DNA from: Pirellulales bacterium
GTDB taxonomy: Bacteria > Planctomycetota > Planctomycetia > Pirellulales > JAICIG01
Assembly (NCBI GenBank): GCA_040901675.1
Contig: JBBDYJ010000006.1
Location: 93,288 to 157,287, forward strand
DNA length: 64,000 bases
Direction of reading: 5' to 3'
Under the pieces are notes generated by a model, which saw only the letters and a program-made list of their open reading frames with translations, searched no databases and was not told the origin of the DNA. The position numbers and the translations under genes were made by a program. This document shows positions 29,273 through 39,164 of this stretch, piece by piece. Every line of letters begins with the position of its first letter. Position 1 is the stretch's first letter.

Positions 29273-29408
29273 ACCCCGACGGGGGTCACACTCTTGGGAC
29301 ACTACCCGCGGCCGCTGTGCGTTGACTTGGCGACGGTGCTCATCGCACAATGGCAGGTGGCCATTAGGGCCGTGATTTGATCTTGCGGAACTGCCTTGCC
29401 CAGGCGAC

Positions 29409-30017
29409 ATGGCTACGATATCACTCCCGGCACTCGACGTCCTGGCGCTGGCCCCATTCCCCGTGCGGCGGTTCACGGTGGAGGAGTATCATCGCCTGGG
29501 CAAGCTCGGCGTCTTGACCGAAGACGATCGCGTCGAACTGCTGGACGGATGGATTGTCCCCAAGACGAATCTGAATCCTTCGCACAGCGTCAGCGTACAG
29601 CTCGTTGACGACGCGGTGCGAAAACAGTTGCCGGCCGGCTGGTGCATTCGCATTCAAGACGCCATTACGACCGCGGACAGCGAACCGGAGCCGGACGTCG
29701 CCGTCGTTCGGGGCTCAATTCGCGACTACACGAGCCGGCATCCGGGGCCAGACGATATCGGCCTGGTCGTGGAGGTTGCCGATACGTCGCTCGCCCGCGA
29801 TCGCTACAAGTGCGCTCTGTATGGACGCTCGGCGATCGCTGCGTATTGGATCGTCAATTTGATCGACCGGCGGATCGAGGTGTACGGCGACCCAACGGGA
29901 TTGGACGCCAATCCCGGCTATCGGCGGCGCGCCGATTACGGCGAGGATGATCAAGTGCCCCTGTTCGTCGACGGCCGGGAGATCGCCCGCCTGCAGGTTC
30001 GCGATTTATTGCCCTAG
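29409..30017 (+). CDS. Uma2 family (DUF820) PD-(D/E)xK endonuclease-like protein
   Basis: RRFTVEEYHRL, RVELLDG, SEPEPDVAVV, LVVEVADTS and YWIVNL. Confidence 0.93.
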   Translation: MATISLPALDVLALAPFPVRRFTVEEYHRLGKLGVLTEDDRVELLDGWIVPKTNLNPSHSVSVQLVDDAVRKQLPAGWCIRIQDAITTADSEPEPDVAVVRGSIRDYTSRHPGPDDIGLVVEVADTSLARDRYKCALYGRSAIAAYWIVNLIDRRIEVYGDPTGLDANPGYRRRADYGEDDQVPLFVDGREIARLQVRDLLP

Positions 30018-30069
30018 CGAAGCTCGCCGGCACGGCGTGCAGTCTAGAGCATCCGGAATCGTCTCTTCT

Positions 30070-30465
30070 TTATCCCCTTGTCGCCTTGTCGCCTTGTCCC
30101 CCGGTCGTGTCTTCCCCCCTTGTCGCCTTGTCGCCTGGTCCGCCGGTCGTGTCGTCCGCCGGCAGACGGAGCTGCACCTCGTCCCCCTCCACGCGGACCT
30201 CGAAATGGTCGACCTTCAGTTTCGGGTTGTCACGCCAGATGCCGTCGCAGACGCTGAACCGCCAGGCGTGCCAGGGGCAGGTCACCACCCCTTCGTGGAC
30301 CTCGCCGGCCCCCAGCGAGGCGCCCATGTGAGGGCAGGAATCGTCGATGGCGAAGTACTGGCCATCCACGAAAAACACGGCCACCAGCCGCCCCCCGACG
30401 ACAAACGTCGCCCCGCGACCCTCGGGAATCGAACCTGTCTTGGTTACCGTGACAAACTCAGACAT
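30070..30465 (-). CDS. Rieske 2Fe-2S ferredoxin with repeat-derived C-terminal tail
   Basis: CPHMGASL and CPWHAWRF Rieske motifs. The tail GDKATRG x2 is encoded by CCTTGTC heptamers. Confidence 0.92.
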   Translation of the reverse strand: MSEFVTVTKTGSIPEGRGATFVVGGRLVAVFFVDGQYFAIDDSCPHMGASLGAGEVHEGVVTCPWHAWRFSVCDGIWRDNPKLKVDHFEVRVEGDEVQLRLPADDTTGGPGDKATRGEDTTGGQGDKATRG

Positions 30466-30633
30466 GAGAAAGCGGGAGGGAGGAAGGAAAAAGCAGGAAG
30501 AGCCAGCCCAATTCTATAGCCGCCCTACGCCACGGCCAACCCGGCCCACAAACCGCAATTGAACCCCAAATCCCTTGCCATCGCCGGGTCTCCTGCCCAG
30601 AATGGTCGCTTGGATGCGACCTGATTCAAGCGA

Positions 30634-30689
30634 CGGCACACGGAGTGTGCCTGCTACTTTGGGGCACGGAGTGTGGCCTGCTACTTTGG
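30634..30689 (-). repeat. Two tandem GTAG-type REP units (aGTAGcaggcacactccgtgtgccg)
   Basis: cggcacacggagtgtgcctgctactttgg followed by ggcacggagtgtggcctgctactttgg. Confidence 0.8.
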
Positions 30690-30709
30690 CTGAGAGAGAC
30701 TCCGTTGCG

Positions 30710-31507
30710 ATGCGAACTAACCCGGTCAAAAATACCCTCCGCTCCGGAAAACCTTCGTTCGGCACCTGGCTGTCGCTGGGCGACCTGTACGCCACGCGCG
30801 TGCTGGCCCGCAGCGGCTTCGACTGGCTGACGCTCGATATCGAGCACTCGGCCATCGACTGGTCGCAGGCGGCCATGATCTTCGGCTGCATCGCCGACGC
30901 CGGCGGCGTGCCGCTGGCCCGCGTGCCCAAGGGCAACCACGACTACATCAAGCGCGTGCTCGACGCCGGCGCCTGGGGCATCGTGGTGCCCATGGTCGAT
31001 ACGGTCGAGCAGGCCCAGATCGCCATCCGCGCCGCCAAGTATCCGCCCCAGGGCAACCGCAGCCTGGGGGGCGGCATGCACGCCATCAACTTCGACACCA
31101 ACAGCGGCGAGTATTTCAAGAAGGCCAACGACGAGATACTCGTCGTGCTGCAGACCGAGAGTCCCACCGGCGTGGCCAACGCCGAGGCTATTTACTCGCT
31201 GCCGGGAGTCGACGCCATCTTCGTGGGCCCGGTCGACCTGCGGGCCCAGATGCGGGCGCCCGACGGCAAGGAGGCCACCGACGCCGAGTTCGAAGAAATG
31301 CTGGCCCGCGTTGTCGCCGCCGGCAAGAAGACCGGCACGCCCACCGGCATGCACACCATGGACGCCCAGGCCGCTCGGGCGCGCGCCGCGCAGGGCATGC
31401 AGTTCATCGCCATCGGCAGCGAGCTGCGCTTCATGACGCAAAAGGCCCAGGAAGTGCTCCGCGCCGTTCGCCCCGAGGTCGGCGACAAGGAGCTCGCCCG
31501 CTATTAA
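30710..31507 (+). CDS. HpcH/HpaI aldolase family protein
   Basis: [44 protein letters not shown] and [10 protein letters not shown]. Confidence 0.93.
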   Translation: MRTNPVKNTLRSGKPSFGTWLSLGDLYATRVLARSGFDWLTLDIEHSAIDWSQAAMIFGCIADAGGVPLARVPKGNHDYIKRVLDAGAWGIVVPMVDTVEQAQIAIRAAKYPPQGNRSLGGGMHAINFDTNSGEYFKKANDEILVVLQTESPTGVANAEAIYSLPGVDAIFVGPVDLRAQMRAPDGKEATDAEFEEMLARVVAAGKKTGTPTGMHTMDAQAARARAAQGMQFIAIGSELRFMTQKAQEVLRAVRPEVGDKELARY

Positions 31508-31516
31508 CCGGCTGCC

Positions 31517-32755
31517 ATGAGCGTTTACCTGCTCGCCACGCTCGATACCAAGGGGCACGAAGCCGCCTTTGTCCGCGACCTCTTGGCCGCCGCCGGTATC
31601 GAATCCCTGCTGGTCGATACCGGCTGCCTGGGCCAGCCGGCGGTCACGCCCGATATCCCCCGCCAACGCGTCTTTGCCGCCGCCGGCGCTAACCTCGACG
31701 ATCTGGCCGCACGGCGCGACCGCGGCCAGGCCGTGGCGGCCGCCGCCCAGGGGGCCGCCCGCCTGATCGCCGAACTGCACTCGCAAGGGAAGGTCTCCGG
31801 CGTGCTGGCCATCGGCGGCTCGGCCGGCACCACGATCGGCACCGCGGCCATGCGGGCCTTGCCGTTGGGCGTTCCCAAGCTGATGGTCAGCACGTTGGCC
31901 TCCGGCCAGGTGCGGCACTACGTCGCCGACAAAGACATCTGCATGCTCAACTCGGTGGTCGATATCCTGGGCCTCAACCGCATCAGCCGCGCGGTGCTCG
32001 GCACGGCCGCCCGGGCCATGGCGGGCATGGCCACGCCGCTCGGCGCCGGCGGCCCGGCCGACGACAAGCCGCTGGTGGCGGCCACCATGTTCGGCGTGAC
32101 GACGCCCTGCGTCGAGCGGGCGCGCGAGGTGCTCGACCAGGCCGGCTACGAGGTGGTGGTGTTTCATGCCACCGGCAACGGCGGCCAGGCGATGGAATCG
32201 CTGATCCGCGACGGCTTTTTTGCCGGCGTGCTGGACATCACCACGACCGAGCTGGCCGACGAGCTGGTCGGTGGAGTTCTTTCCGCGGGGCCCGATCGGC
32301 TCACGGCGGCCGCCCGCAGCGGCCTGCCGCAGGTTGTTTCCGTGGGGGCGACCGACATGGTCAACTTCCATGCGCCCGAGACGGTGCCGTCGCGGTTTGC
32401 GGGCCGCACCTTCTATCAGCACAATCCGAACGTGACGCTGATGCGGACCACGGCCGACGAAAACGCACGGATCGGCGCCGAGATCGGCCGCAAACTGGCG
32501 GTTTGCACGGGCCCGGCCGCCATTGTTTTGCCTCGGCGGGGCGTGTCGGCCATCGACCGGGCCGGGCAGCCCTTCGACGACCCGGCGGCCCGGCGATTGC
32601 TCTTCGAGGCGATTCGCGAATCCGCGGGTCCGACCGAAATCATCGAGCTGGACCAGCACATCAACGATCCAGCCTTCGCCGAGGCCGCCGCCAACAAACT
32701 CCTGGCATTGATGTCCGCCCCGTCGAGTCGGCCGCTGACGGGCAATGCTCCATGA
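31517..32755 (+). CDS. Tm-1-like ATP-binding domain protein (UPF0261)
   Basis: [53 protein letters not shown] and HINDPAFA. Confidence 0.93.
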   Translation: MSVYLLATLDTKGHEAAFVRDLLAAAGIESLLVDTGCLGQPAVTPDIPRQRVFAAAGANLDDLAARRDRGQAVAAAAQGAARLIAELHSQGKVSGVLAIGGSAGTTIGTAAMRALPLGVPKLMVSTLASGQVRHYVADKDICMLNSVVDILGLNRISRAVLGTAARAMAGMATPLGAGGPADDKPLVAATMFGVTTPCVERAREVLDQAGYEVVVFHATGNGGQAMESLIRDGFFAGVLDITTTELADELVGGVLSAGPDRLTAAARSGLPQVVSVGATDMVNFHAPETVPSRFAGRTFYQHNPNVTLMRTTADENARIGAEIGRKLAVCTGPAAIVLPRRGVSAIDRAGQPFDDPAARRLLFEAIRESAGPTEIIELDQHINDPAFAEAAANKLLALMSAPSSRPLTGNAP

Positions 32756-32834
32756 CCAATGTCCCCACTCCTTATCCCTCTGTCGTCGTCTCGCAACTGA
32801 CCACCGTCCACTGACCACCGACCACTGTTGTTCC

Positions 32835-33671
32835 ATGGCCTTATTCTCCCGGCACGATATCCTGGCGCGGCTTCGGGCCAAAGTGGCCTCGGGCAAACCG
32901 ATTGTGGGAGGGGGCGCGGGCACCGGCCTGAGCGCCAAGCTGTCGGAGGCCGGCGGCATCGACCTGCTGGTCATCTACAATTCGGGCCGATTCCGGATGG
33001 CGGGGCGGGGCTCGCTGGCCGGCTTGTTGCCGTACGGCGACGCCAACGCCATCGTGATGGAGATGGCAGGCGAAGTGCTGCCGGTCGTTTCGCACACACC
33101 GGTGCTGGCGGGCGTCTGCGGCACCGACCCGTTTCGCGTGATGAAGCTGTTTCTGGCCGAGGTCGACCGCGCCGGCTTCTCGGGCGTGCAGAACTTTCCA
33201 ACCGTGGGCCTGTTCGACGGCGCATTCCGCTCGAACCTGGAGGAGACCGGCATGGGCTTTGGCCTCGAGGTCGACATGATCCGCCTGGCCTCCCAGATGG
33301 GACTGTTGACGACGCCCTATGCCTTTAATCCTGACGAGGCGGCGGCCATGGCTGGCGCCGGGGCCGACATCCTTATCCCGCACGTGGGGCTGACCACCAA
33401 GGGCCTGATCGGGGCCGGCACCGCGGTGAGCCTCGACGAGGCCGCCGCGCGGGTGCAGGCCATGCATGACGCCGCGCGGCGTGTGAACGCGGAGCTGCTG
33501 GTGCTGTGCCATGGAGGACCGATCGCCGAGCCGGGCGATGCACAGTACATCCTCGACCATACCGAGGGGATCGTGGGCTTCTATGGGGCCAGCAGCATGG
33601 AGCGTCTGCCCGTCGAGCCGGCGATCACCGGCCGCGTCCGCGAGTTCACAGAGTTAGTGCTTAGTGCTTAG
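32835..33671 (+). CDS. Phosphoenolpyruvate hydrolase-like TIM-barrel protein
   Basis: [45 protein letters not shown] and [12 protein letters not shown]. Confidence 0.93.
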   Translation: MALFSRHDILARLRAKVASGKPIVGGGAGTGLSAKLSEAGGIDLLVIYNSGRFRMAGRGSLAGLLPYGDANAIVMEMAGEVLPVVSHTPVLAGVCGTDPFRVMKLFLAEVDRAGFSGVQNFPTVGLFDGAFRSNLEETGMGFGLEVDMIRLASQMGLLTTPYAFNPDEAAAMAGAGADILIPHVGLTTKGLIGAGTAVSLDEAAARVQAMHDAARRVNAELLVLCHGGPIAEPGDAQYILDHTEGIVGFYGASSMERLPVEPAITGRVREFTELVLSA

Positions 33672-33674
33672 TGC
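33654..33674. repeat. Heptamer repeat (TTAGTGC)3 at convergent gene ends
   Basis: Three exact units, containing the TAG stop at 33669-33671. Confidence 0.8.
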
Positions 33675-35075
33675 TCATAGCGAGCGGCGGATGATGGGGG
33701 CGAAAATCCTCATGGGCTGCAAAGCCAGGATCTTGGCGCGGGCGGCGCCGGGATGATGAATCCGCTGCGGTCCGGCCCGGCCGTCGGGGCGGATGTAGTG
33801 GGCGTGGCCCATGTTCTCGGCGATGGAGGCGGTCAGTAACCCTACGAATTCCGGGTCGTAAACGACCACGGCCAGCTCGGTGTTGAGGTGCTCCGAGCGG
33901 GGATCGAAGTTGTACGAGCCGACCATCGCAACCGAGCCGTCGATCAAGGCGCTCTTGGCGTGAAAGCGGGCCGGGCCGGTATATTCCCACAGTTCGACGC
34001 CCTCGTTGAGCAGGAAGCGCTTCTGGTTGGAGTAGCCGGCGTAAACCAGAATCTGGTCGGTGCTGGCCAGCGAGTTGGTCATGATGCGGATCGCCACTCC
34101 GCGGGCCCGGGCGTCGCGGATCACCTGTTTCAGCGTGGTCGACAAGGTAAAGTAGGGCGACTCGAGGAACACGCTGTGCTGGGCCCGCTCGATCAACTCG
34201 TGGATGCGGGGGCTGATCCCTTCGGGGTGGTGCTTGCGGCCCATCGGATCGAACAGGAAATCGACGCAGCCCACGTCGACCTCACCGACCGACCAGTCGA
34301 TCCATGTGTCGCGCAACAACGGCTGGCAGTCGACCGCGATCGGCGTGGCGGCGGCCAGCCAGGCGGCGCCCTGGCAGCACCTGCACTGCCCATCCGGGGC
34401 ACGCGCACAGTTGCCCAGGCGGTCGAACTCGAGCTTGTCGTCCTGGATCAAACTCTGCAGCAGTGGATCCTTGAGCCGCGTGTCGCGGACTTCCGGACTG
34501 CTCCACAGGCAGTCGAAGTAGTTGCCGGCCTGCTCCGCGGAGCGCCCCTTCACATACACGTCGCGATCGATGTAGCGGGTGCGCGTCGGGATGCCGAGAT
34601 GGCGCTTGACGTTGGCCAGGCCGAAGTGCCGCTCGTCGAGATTGCGGCTGCCGATGATCATCTCCGCGCGGTCGATCAGCAGCAGCTTGTCGTGGAGGCG
34701 GCGGTTGATCCAGCCGGGCCGCTTGCACTCCAGCGTGTGATACTCCTTGATCCGGACGCCCACCCGCAACAGCTCCTCCTGCACCTGGGAGGGTATGTGG
34801 TTGTGCATGGCATCGACGACCAGCCGCACGGCCACGCCGCGCTGGGCCGCATCGCGCAACAGCGACAGATACATGGCGGCCAGCTTGTCGTTGGCGATCA
34901 AATAGTAGGACAGAACGATCTCGCCCTGGGCCTGCTCGATCAGGTCGATGCGAGCCTGCGCCGCCTCCCAATTCGAGTCGAGGATCCGCACCACGTCGGC
35001 TGCGGCGGCTCCGGGCCGGCAGAGGAAGAGGACGAGCAGGGTCGTGACCACCCGCCACGAACAGAGAGAGCTCAT
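33675..35075 (-). CDS. Secreted phospholipase D family protein (ClsC/YmdC-like)
   Basis: Signal peptide and two HKD motifs: RRLHDKLLLID..IIGSRN and FHAKSALID...VGSYNFDPRS..LNTE. Confidence 0.9.
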   Translation of the reverse strand: MSSLCSWRVVTTLLVLFLCRPGAAAADVVRILDSNWEAAQARIDLIEQAQGEIVLSYYLIANDKLAAMYLSLLRDAAQRGVAVRLVVDAMHNHIPSQVQEELLRVGVRIKEYHTLECKRPGWINRRLHDKLLLIDRAEMIIGSRNLDERHFGLANVKRHLGIPTRTRYIDRDVYVKGRSAEQAGNYFDCLWSSPEVRDTRLKDPLLQSLIQDDKLEFDRLGNCARAPDGQCRCCQGAAWLAAATPIAVDCQPLLRDTWIDWSVGEVDVGCVDFLFDPMGRKHHPEGISPRIHELIERAQHSVFLESPYFTLSTTLKQVIRDARARGVAIRIMTNSLASTDQILVYAGYSNQKRFLLNEGVELWEYTGPARFHAKSALIDGSVAMVGSYNFDPRSEHLNTELAVVVYDPEFVGLLTASIAENMGHAHYIRPDGRAGPQRIHHPGAARAKILALQPMRIFAPIIRRSL

Positions 35076-35259
35076 GAGCCCGCCGGCATGGCCGCATCCT
35101 TGGCCGGTATTATCGAAATCCGCGCAAAAGGCTAGCTAAACCCTCTCATTTAGTTCGGCTTTTTTGAGCGCCGGCCGCTACACCTTGTCGCAGCTTTTGC
35201 CACCGGCAATTTCGGCCTGATTAGCAGGCATGGCGTGGCCTGGCCGCTGGTGGCAGGCT

Positions 35260-35850
35260 TTACCGCACAGCACGTCTAGGGCGGCGGGATAGGGCGACTT
35301 TGCGGTGTGGGCGGGAGGCGGAGGAGGGGCGAAAATTGCCGGGCGTCGCCAAACGGAAATACTTCGTCAGTCCCACCAGCACCCGGTGGTAGCCGTACTC
35401 TTCCATTTCAGCATAGGCGGCCGCCGGACTGACGCCTTCGTAGTGCACGCGGTATATGCCAACCACCAGGCCCACGCGGTCCTGGCCGAGCTTGCAGTGC
35501 AGGTAAACCGGGTGCATGGCGGGATCGGCCAGGATGCTCAAGGCCTGCTCGACGGTATGGTCTCGCCGCGGGAAGAAGCCCATCGGCACGTTGATGTGCC
35601 GGATGCCCCGGGCGGTGAGGGCGCGCTGCGTGCAAGCCACCTCGTCAGGGTTGTACTTGCGCAAGTCGAGCACCGTGCGGATGCCGTACCGCTGGAGCGT
35701 CTCGTAGTCGGCGCTGGTCTTCGGCGCCGAACCCCGGTAGATGCCCGGGGCCACTGCTGAAATGTCGAGGGCGCCCCGTGCTTCGCCGGGCACGGCCAGC
35801 AAGGCCACGAGGCACACCACCGCGCCGACGCTGCCGAGGTGAACGGGCAT
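35260..35850 (-). CDS. Secreted dual-specificity/tyrosine phosphatase family protein
   Basis: Signal peptide, IYRGSAP, GIRTVLDLR and the CX5R loop VYLHCKLGQDR. Confidence 0.88.
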   Translation of the reverse strand: MPVHLGSVGAVVCLVALLAVPGEARGALDISAVAPGIYRGSAPKTSADYETLQRYGIRTVLDLRKYNPDEVACTQRALTARGIRHINVPMGFFPRRDHTVEQALSILADPAMHPVYLHCKLGQDRVGLVVGIYRVHYEGVSPAAAYAEMEEYGYHRVLVGLTKYFRLATPGNFRPSSASRPHRKVALSRRPRRAVR

Positions 35851-35866
35851 GTCGCAGCTCGCTGGC

Positions 35867-36562
35867 TCAAACGTGGCTGGCCGGGGCAACGCCGGGCCAG
35901 GCCTGCGAGCCGTCGAGGGCAGCCGTGGAGAGCGAGCCAGCCAGCCGTCGCTGCCGCGAAGGGGCTGCGGCGGCAAGCTCCTTGTGGAGGATCGCGAGTT
36001 GCGCCAGCGGCGTTTCGACATCTGCTAGCCAAGCTTTCATGCGGTGGATGCTGCTGGCGATTCGAAGTGGGGCCACGTCGCGCAGAAGCAGCTCATAGAT
36101 TATCTTAGCTCCGACGGCATCCGCGTGCCGGAAGTAGGCCACCCCCTGAAGCCTTTGGACCGGGGAAAAAAGGCCCCAGCGGACCCAGGCTTCGAGGGTG
36201 CCGATTGGAAGGGCCAGGAAGGCGGCCAATTGGGCCGGCGTGGCCACCGGGGAAGGCACGGTCCGGGGCGGGACGCCCAGCCAATTCAGAAAGTCCGGCT
36301 CCGAAACAATCGAAATCGGGCAGCCGCGCCGGGCCAGGCGGCACGCCCTGCGAAACCGGCGCGTCGGGCGGCCGTCCGGCGCCAGGGGGTAGCCTTCGTG
36401 GCCCACGACCAGGACCGACGCCTCGCGGTCCAGCCGCCGCACAAACCGTCCGCCGGAGGCGGCAATCAGCGCAGCCGCTTCGGCCCGCCTTAAGCTGGCC
36501 AGCCGGCCCGTAAACGCAATCCGTTTGGAGACGAGGAGGGGCGCTCCGGCGATCCTGATCAT
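35867..36562 (-). CDS. BRCT plus MerR-type HTH protein (possibly truncated)
   Basis: BRCT IAFTGRLASL...GG...LVVG...IVSEPDFL, then HTH TPAQLAAFL...TLEAWVRWGL...YF. Confidence 0.65.
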   Translation of the reverse strand: MIRIAGAPLLVSKRIAFTGRLASLRRAEAAALIAASGGRFVRRLDREASVLVVGHEGYPLAPDGRPTRRFRRACRLARRGCPISIVSEPDFLNWLGVPPRTVPSPVATPAQLAAFLALPIGTLEAWVRWGLFSPVQRLQGVAYFRHADAVGAKIIYELLLRDVAPLRIASSIHRMKAWLADVETPLAQLAILHKELAAAAPSRQRRLAGSLSTAALDGSQAWPGVAPASHV

Positions 36563-36625
36563 TGGCTGCGGCTCGTGGGGGAACGCAAAAAAAAATTGCT
36601 TTTTGGAGGGCGGCCAGGCTGCATC

Positions 36626-36641
36626 CGCAACTGGCATGCCC
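36626..36641 (-). promoter_or_regulatory. Possible sigma54 -24/-12 element
   Basis: gGGCATGccagTTGCg, with GG-N10-GC spacing about 65 nt upstream of the BRCT gene. Confidence 0.3.
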
Positions 36642-36850
36642 AACCGAAAGGCAGGACGACAAAACCGTGGCGGGCGACCCCCGGCAGAATGGCAGCCGGC
36701 TGTCTTGCCGCGGGATCATATCGGCCCGGCCGGAACCTTGCTCAAGATTTTTATTCCACCGGGCACACCCCACCTTCGGGGATGATCGGTGGCGGTCCAG
36801 GCTGCAAGGCGCGCACCCAGGGCCGCAAGCTTGGAGGCAGGCACCCCGTC

Positions 36851-37651
36851 TCAACTGCTGGGAGGCGGCGGAATCCTGGGCGCATCGTCGGCCGGCGCGA
36901 TCGTCAGGCCGCCCGACGAGCGCAGCGTGATCTTGTACGACTTGCCTTTTTCGGTCTTGATCGACGGAGCTTCGCCATGGGCGGCCCTGACGCCGGCTTC
37001 GTCGGCGGCAGCCTTACTGTTGGCATAGATCCAGAAATCCCTCCAGATCTGTTCCTCCCACTCGCTGAGGGTCTGCCCGTCTGCATAGGCCGCGGGGCGC
37101 GAGCCGGGGCTGTCGATTTGGAATCCTTCGCTGGGGCGTTGGTACTCACCGAACAAGCGGCGGAACAAGCAGAGCGAAGTGGCCCGGAAAACGTCCCCCT
37201 CTTCGACGTACTTGTCGTCGAATTTGACTACCCAGGCGTCGACATAGACCAGGTCGCCTTCGATGGTCACTTCCTTGGGCTGGCCGAGCGGTTTCCCCTG
37301 CTTGTCCACTTCGATAAAGGCCAGGCGCGTCTCGACGCGCTGGGCCCCCTCGGGCTTCCATTGATCCAGCACGCTGATGTACGCCACTCGGTTCTCGACC
37401 TTCAACAGCCGCAAGGCGGTGTCGAGACGTTCGATCTCGCGCTTCTGCACTGAAACCGTTTCGTTCAGGCGCTGGACATTGGCGGCGGCCGCGGCCAATT
37501 CCTGGTCCTTCTTCTGCAACTGCTCGCGCAGCTCCTGGCTGGCCGCGTCGCGCGCGCTGTAAACGCGATAGCCGGCCCACCCTCCCAAGCCGACCACCCC
37601 CATGACGGCGAGCGAAGCGACCGCCTTCAAGAAGTTCGCCAAAGTTGCCAT
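36851..37651 (-). CDS. Membrane-anchored coiled-coil hypothetical protein
   Basis: N-terminal TM, heptad-rich coil and globular C-terminal domain. Confidence 0.8.
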   Translation of the reverse strand: MATLANFLKAVASLAVMGVVGLGGWAGYRVYSARDAASQELREQLQKKDQELAAAAANVQRLNETVSVQKREIERLDTALRLLKVENRVAYISVLDQWKPEGAQRVETRLAFIEVDKQGKPLGQPKEVTIEGDLVYVDAWVVKFDDKYVEEGDVFRATSLCLFRRLFGEYQRPSEGFQIDSPGSRPAAYADGQTLSEWEEQIWRDFWIYANSKAAADEAGVRAAHGEAPSIKTEKGKSYKITLRSSGGLTIAPADDAPRIPPPPSS

Positions 37652-37749
37652 GAATGAACCATCTCCATGCCGAACTGGGCACTCGGTAAGAATTCGGATG
37701 CCCTGACTGGCAACTTTACCCTAAACGGAGCGATAAGCCAAAGTGCAAA

Positions 37750-39036
37750 TTGACTGCCGACAGCGTCTCCGGCGTCTCGCCGCCTCCGCCCAGTCGGAGT
37801 ATTGACGATCGTACGGCAGCCGGCGATCGGGTCCCAGGTACTCGTTCGAGAGCGGGCGGCCGGTCCGGACGGGGACGCCACGGCCCGGCCGATCAAATTT
37901 CGCTCATTCCGTGTCCCGCAAAACCCGATAAGTCCACTGCCGCGGAACCAATCAAGTGCCCCGAGCCATTCCGACCGGTGCCCGTCGAGCCATCCAACAC
38001 GATCCCGGCGGACCACCCAGTTCCTGGAAAGGGACACCCCGCGCAGGTGCGGGCCGCCATCATCAGCTCGCCCCGGTCGGGCAATACCTGGCTGCGGCGA
38101 CTTTTGAGCAGCCTGTACGAAGTCGGCGAGATAGCTGCCCACGTTCCGGACGATTTCGATTGGGCCGGCTTGCCCGAGGGCTGCGTGCTGCAGATCCATT
38201 GGAGGCCGACTCCGGAGTTTGTCCAGCGGCTGGGCGAGCACGGCTTTCACGTCGTCGTCCTGGCGCGTCATCCGTTCGACGTGTTGATTTCGATTCTGCA
38301 TTTTGCGCTGTGCGCCCCCTCCACGAGCCATTGGCTCGCCGGCGAAGGAGGGGACGAGACGCCGATCTTCGGGGCCATGCCGCGCAGCACGGCCTTTCTG
38401 GATTACGCGACTGGCGCCCGCGCGGCCGGGCTGCTCTCGGTCAGCAGCTCCTGGTGGCATCAGCCCGGCGTGCACCGTGTCCGCTACGAGGACCTGGTTC
38501 GCGATCCGTACAGCGAGCTGGCACGGCTGGTTGCCGGCCTCGACGTCCGCGCGCGCCACCGGCCGGAGGATGCGGTGGCTGCCAATACGCTCGATAAGCT
38601 GCGAGAATCGCAGTCGCGGCACTCCTTTCATTTCTGGAAAGGACAGCCCGGACTTTGGAAGTCGTTCTTGCCGATGGCCGAGGCCCGGCAAATGGCGGAG
38701 CCGCTGGCCGGGAGCTTCGCCGAGCTGGGCTATGCCTGTGATCCCGACCCGGCGCTCGACGCGCGGCAGGCCGACGCCAACTGGATCAAGCTGACCTGGT
38801 CTGAACTGGCCGGCGAGTTGCAGAACGTGTGGGAGCTGCGGCAAGCGCTCCGCGTGGCCGACGACCGGCTGCAGGCCGCGGAGCAGGAAATCGAGACGCT
38901 CAAAGCCCGCCTGGCCAGCGCTGCCCAGCTCGGTCCACTGGCGATGCACGCGGCGGGCGGTCTACGACGGCTCTCGCTGGCCCATCCGGGGCTGGCCGCG
39001 ACTTTCAAGCGGATCGTGCTTGGCCAGCGCGGCTGA
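37750..39036 (+). CDS. Sulfotransferase domain protein with C-terminal coiled coil
   Basis: PAPS-binding ISSPRSGNTWL, RHPFDVLIS, VRYEDL and FWKGQPG.W. The true start may be downstream. Confidence 0.82.
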   Translation: MTADSVSGVSPPPPSRSIDDRTAAGDRVPGTRSRAGGRSGRGRHGPADQISLIPCPAKPDKSTAAEPIKCPEPFRPVPVEPSNTIPADHPVPGKGHPAQVRAAIISSPRSGNTWLRRLLSSLYEVGEIAAHVPDDFDWAGLPEGCVLQIHWRPTPEFVQRLGEHGFHVVVLARHPFDVLISILHFALCAPSTSHWLAGEGGDETPIFGAMPRSTAFLDYATGARAAGLLSVSSSWWHQPGVHRVRYEDLVRDPYSELARLVAGLDVRARHRPEDAVAANTLDKLRESQSRHSFHFWKGQPGLWKSFLPMAEARQMAEPLAGSFAELGYACDPDPALDARQADANWIKLTWSELAGELQNVWELRQALRVADDRLQAAEQEIETLKARLASAAQLGPLAMHAAGGLRRLSLAHPGLAATFKRIVLGQRG

Positions 39037-39164
39037 CCCGGCATCTTCGTGCACCATCGAAGCTGGCTGGCTCCTCCGCGTCGGCCCGCCGGGGCTTGAA
39101 TCGGTCTTGCGGCTGGCGGAAGATCACGTTAATCTTCCGCTCCTTTCCCGCTCGTTCTGACAGC

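Larger units (their letters stand above)
25621..29306 (-). mobile_element. IS1-family cargo-carrying transposon (3,686 bp), non-autonomous
   Basis: TIRs GGTAGTGTCCTAAGAGTGTG (25621-25640) and, read on the minus strand, GGTAGTGTCCCAAGAGTGTG (29287-29306). 8-bp direct repeat CGCGGCCG at 25613-25620 and 29307-29314. Internal IS1-type transposase and visibly more AT-rich interior. Confidence 0.92.

Noticed and set aside
29409..30017. Uma2 endonuclease as part of the transposon cargo
   Set aside because: It lies outside the right TIR and target duplication (29306/29314).
30626..32974. Long alternative-frame ORFs (e.g. 30626..32974, 49995..52853, 53569..56067, 44586..46616)
   Set aside because: They overlap well-supported genes on the opposite strand and are expected from high-GC codon bias.
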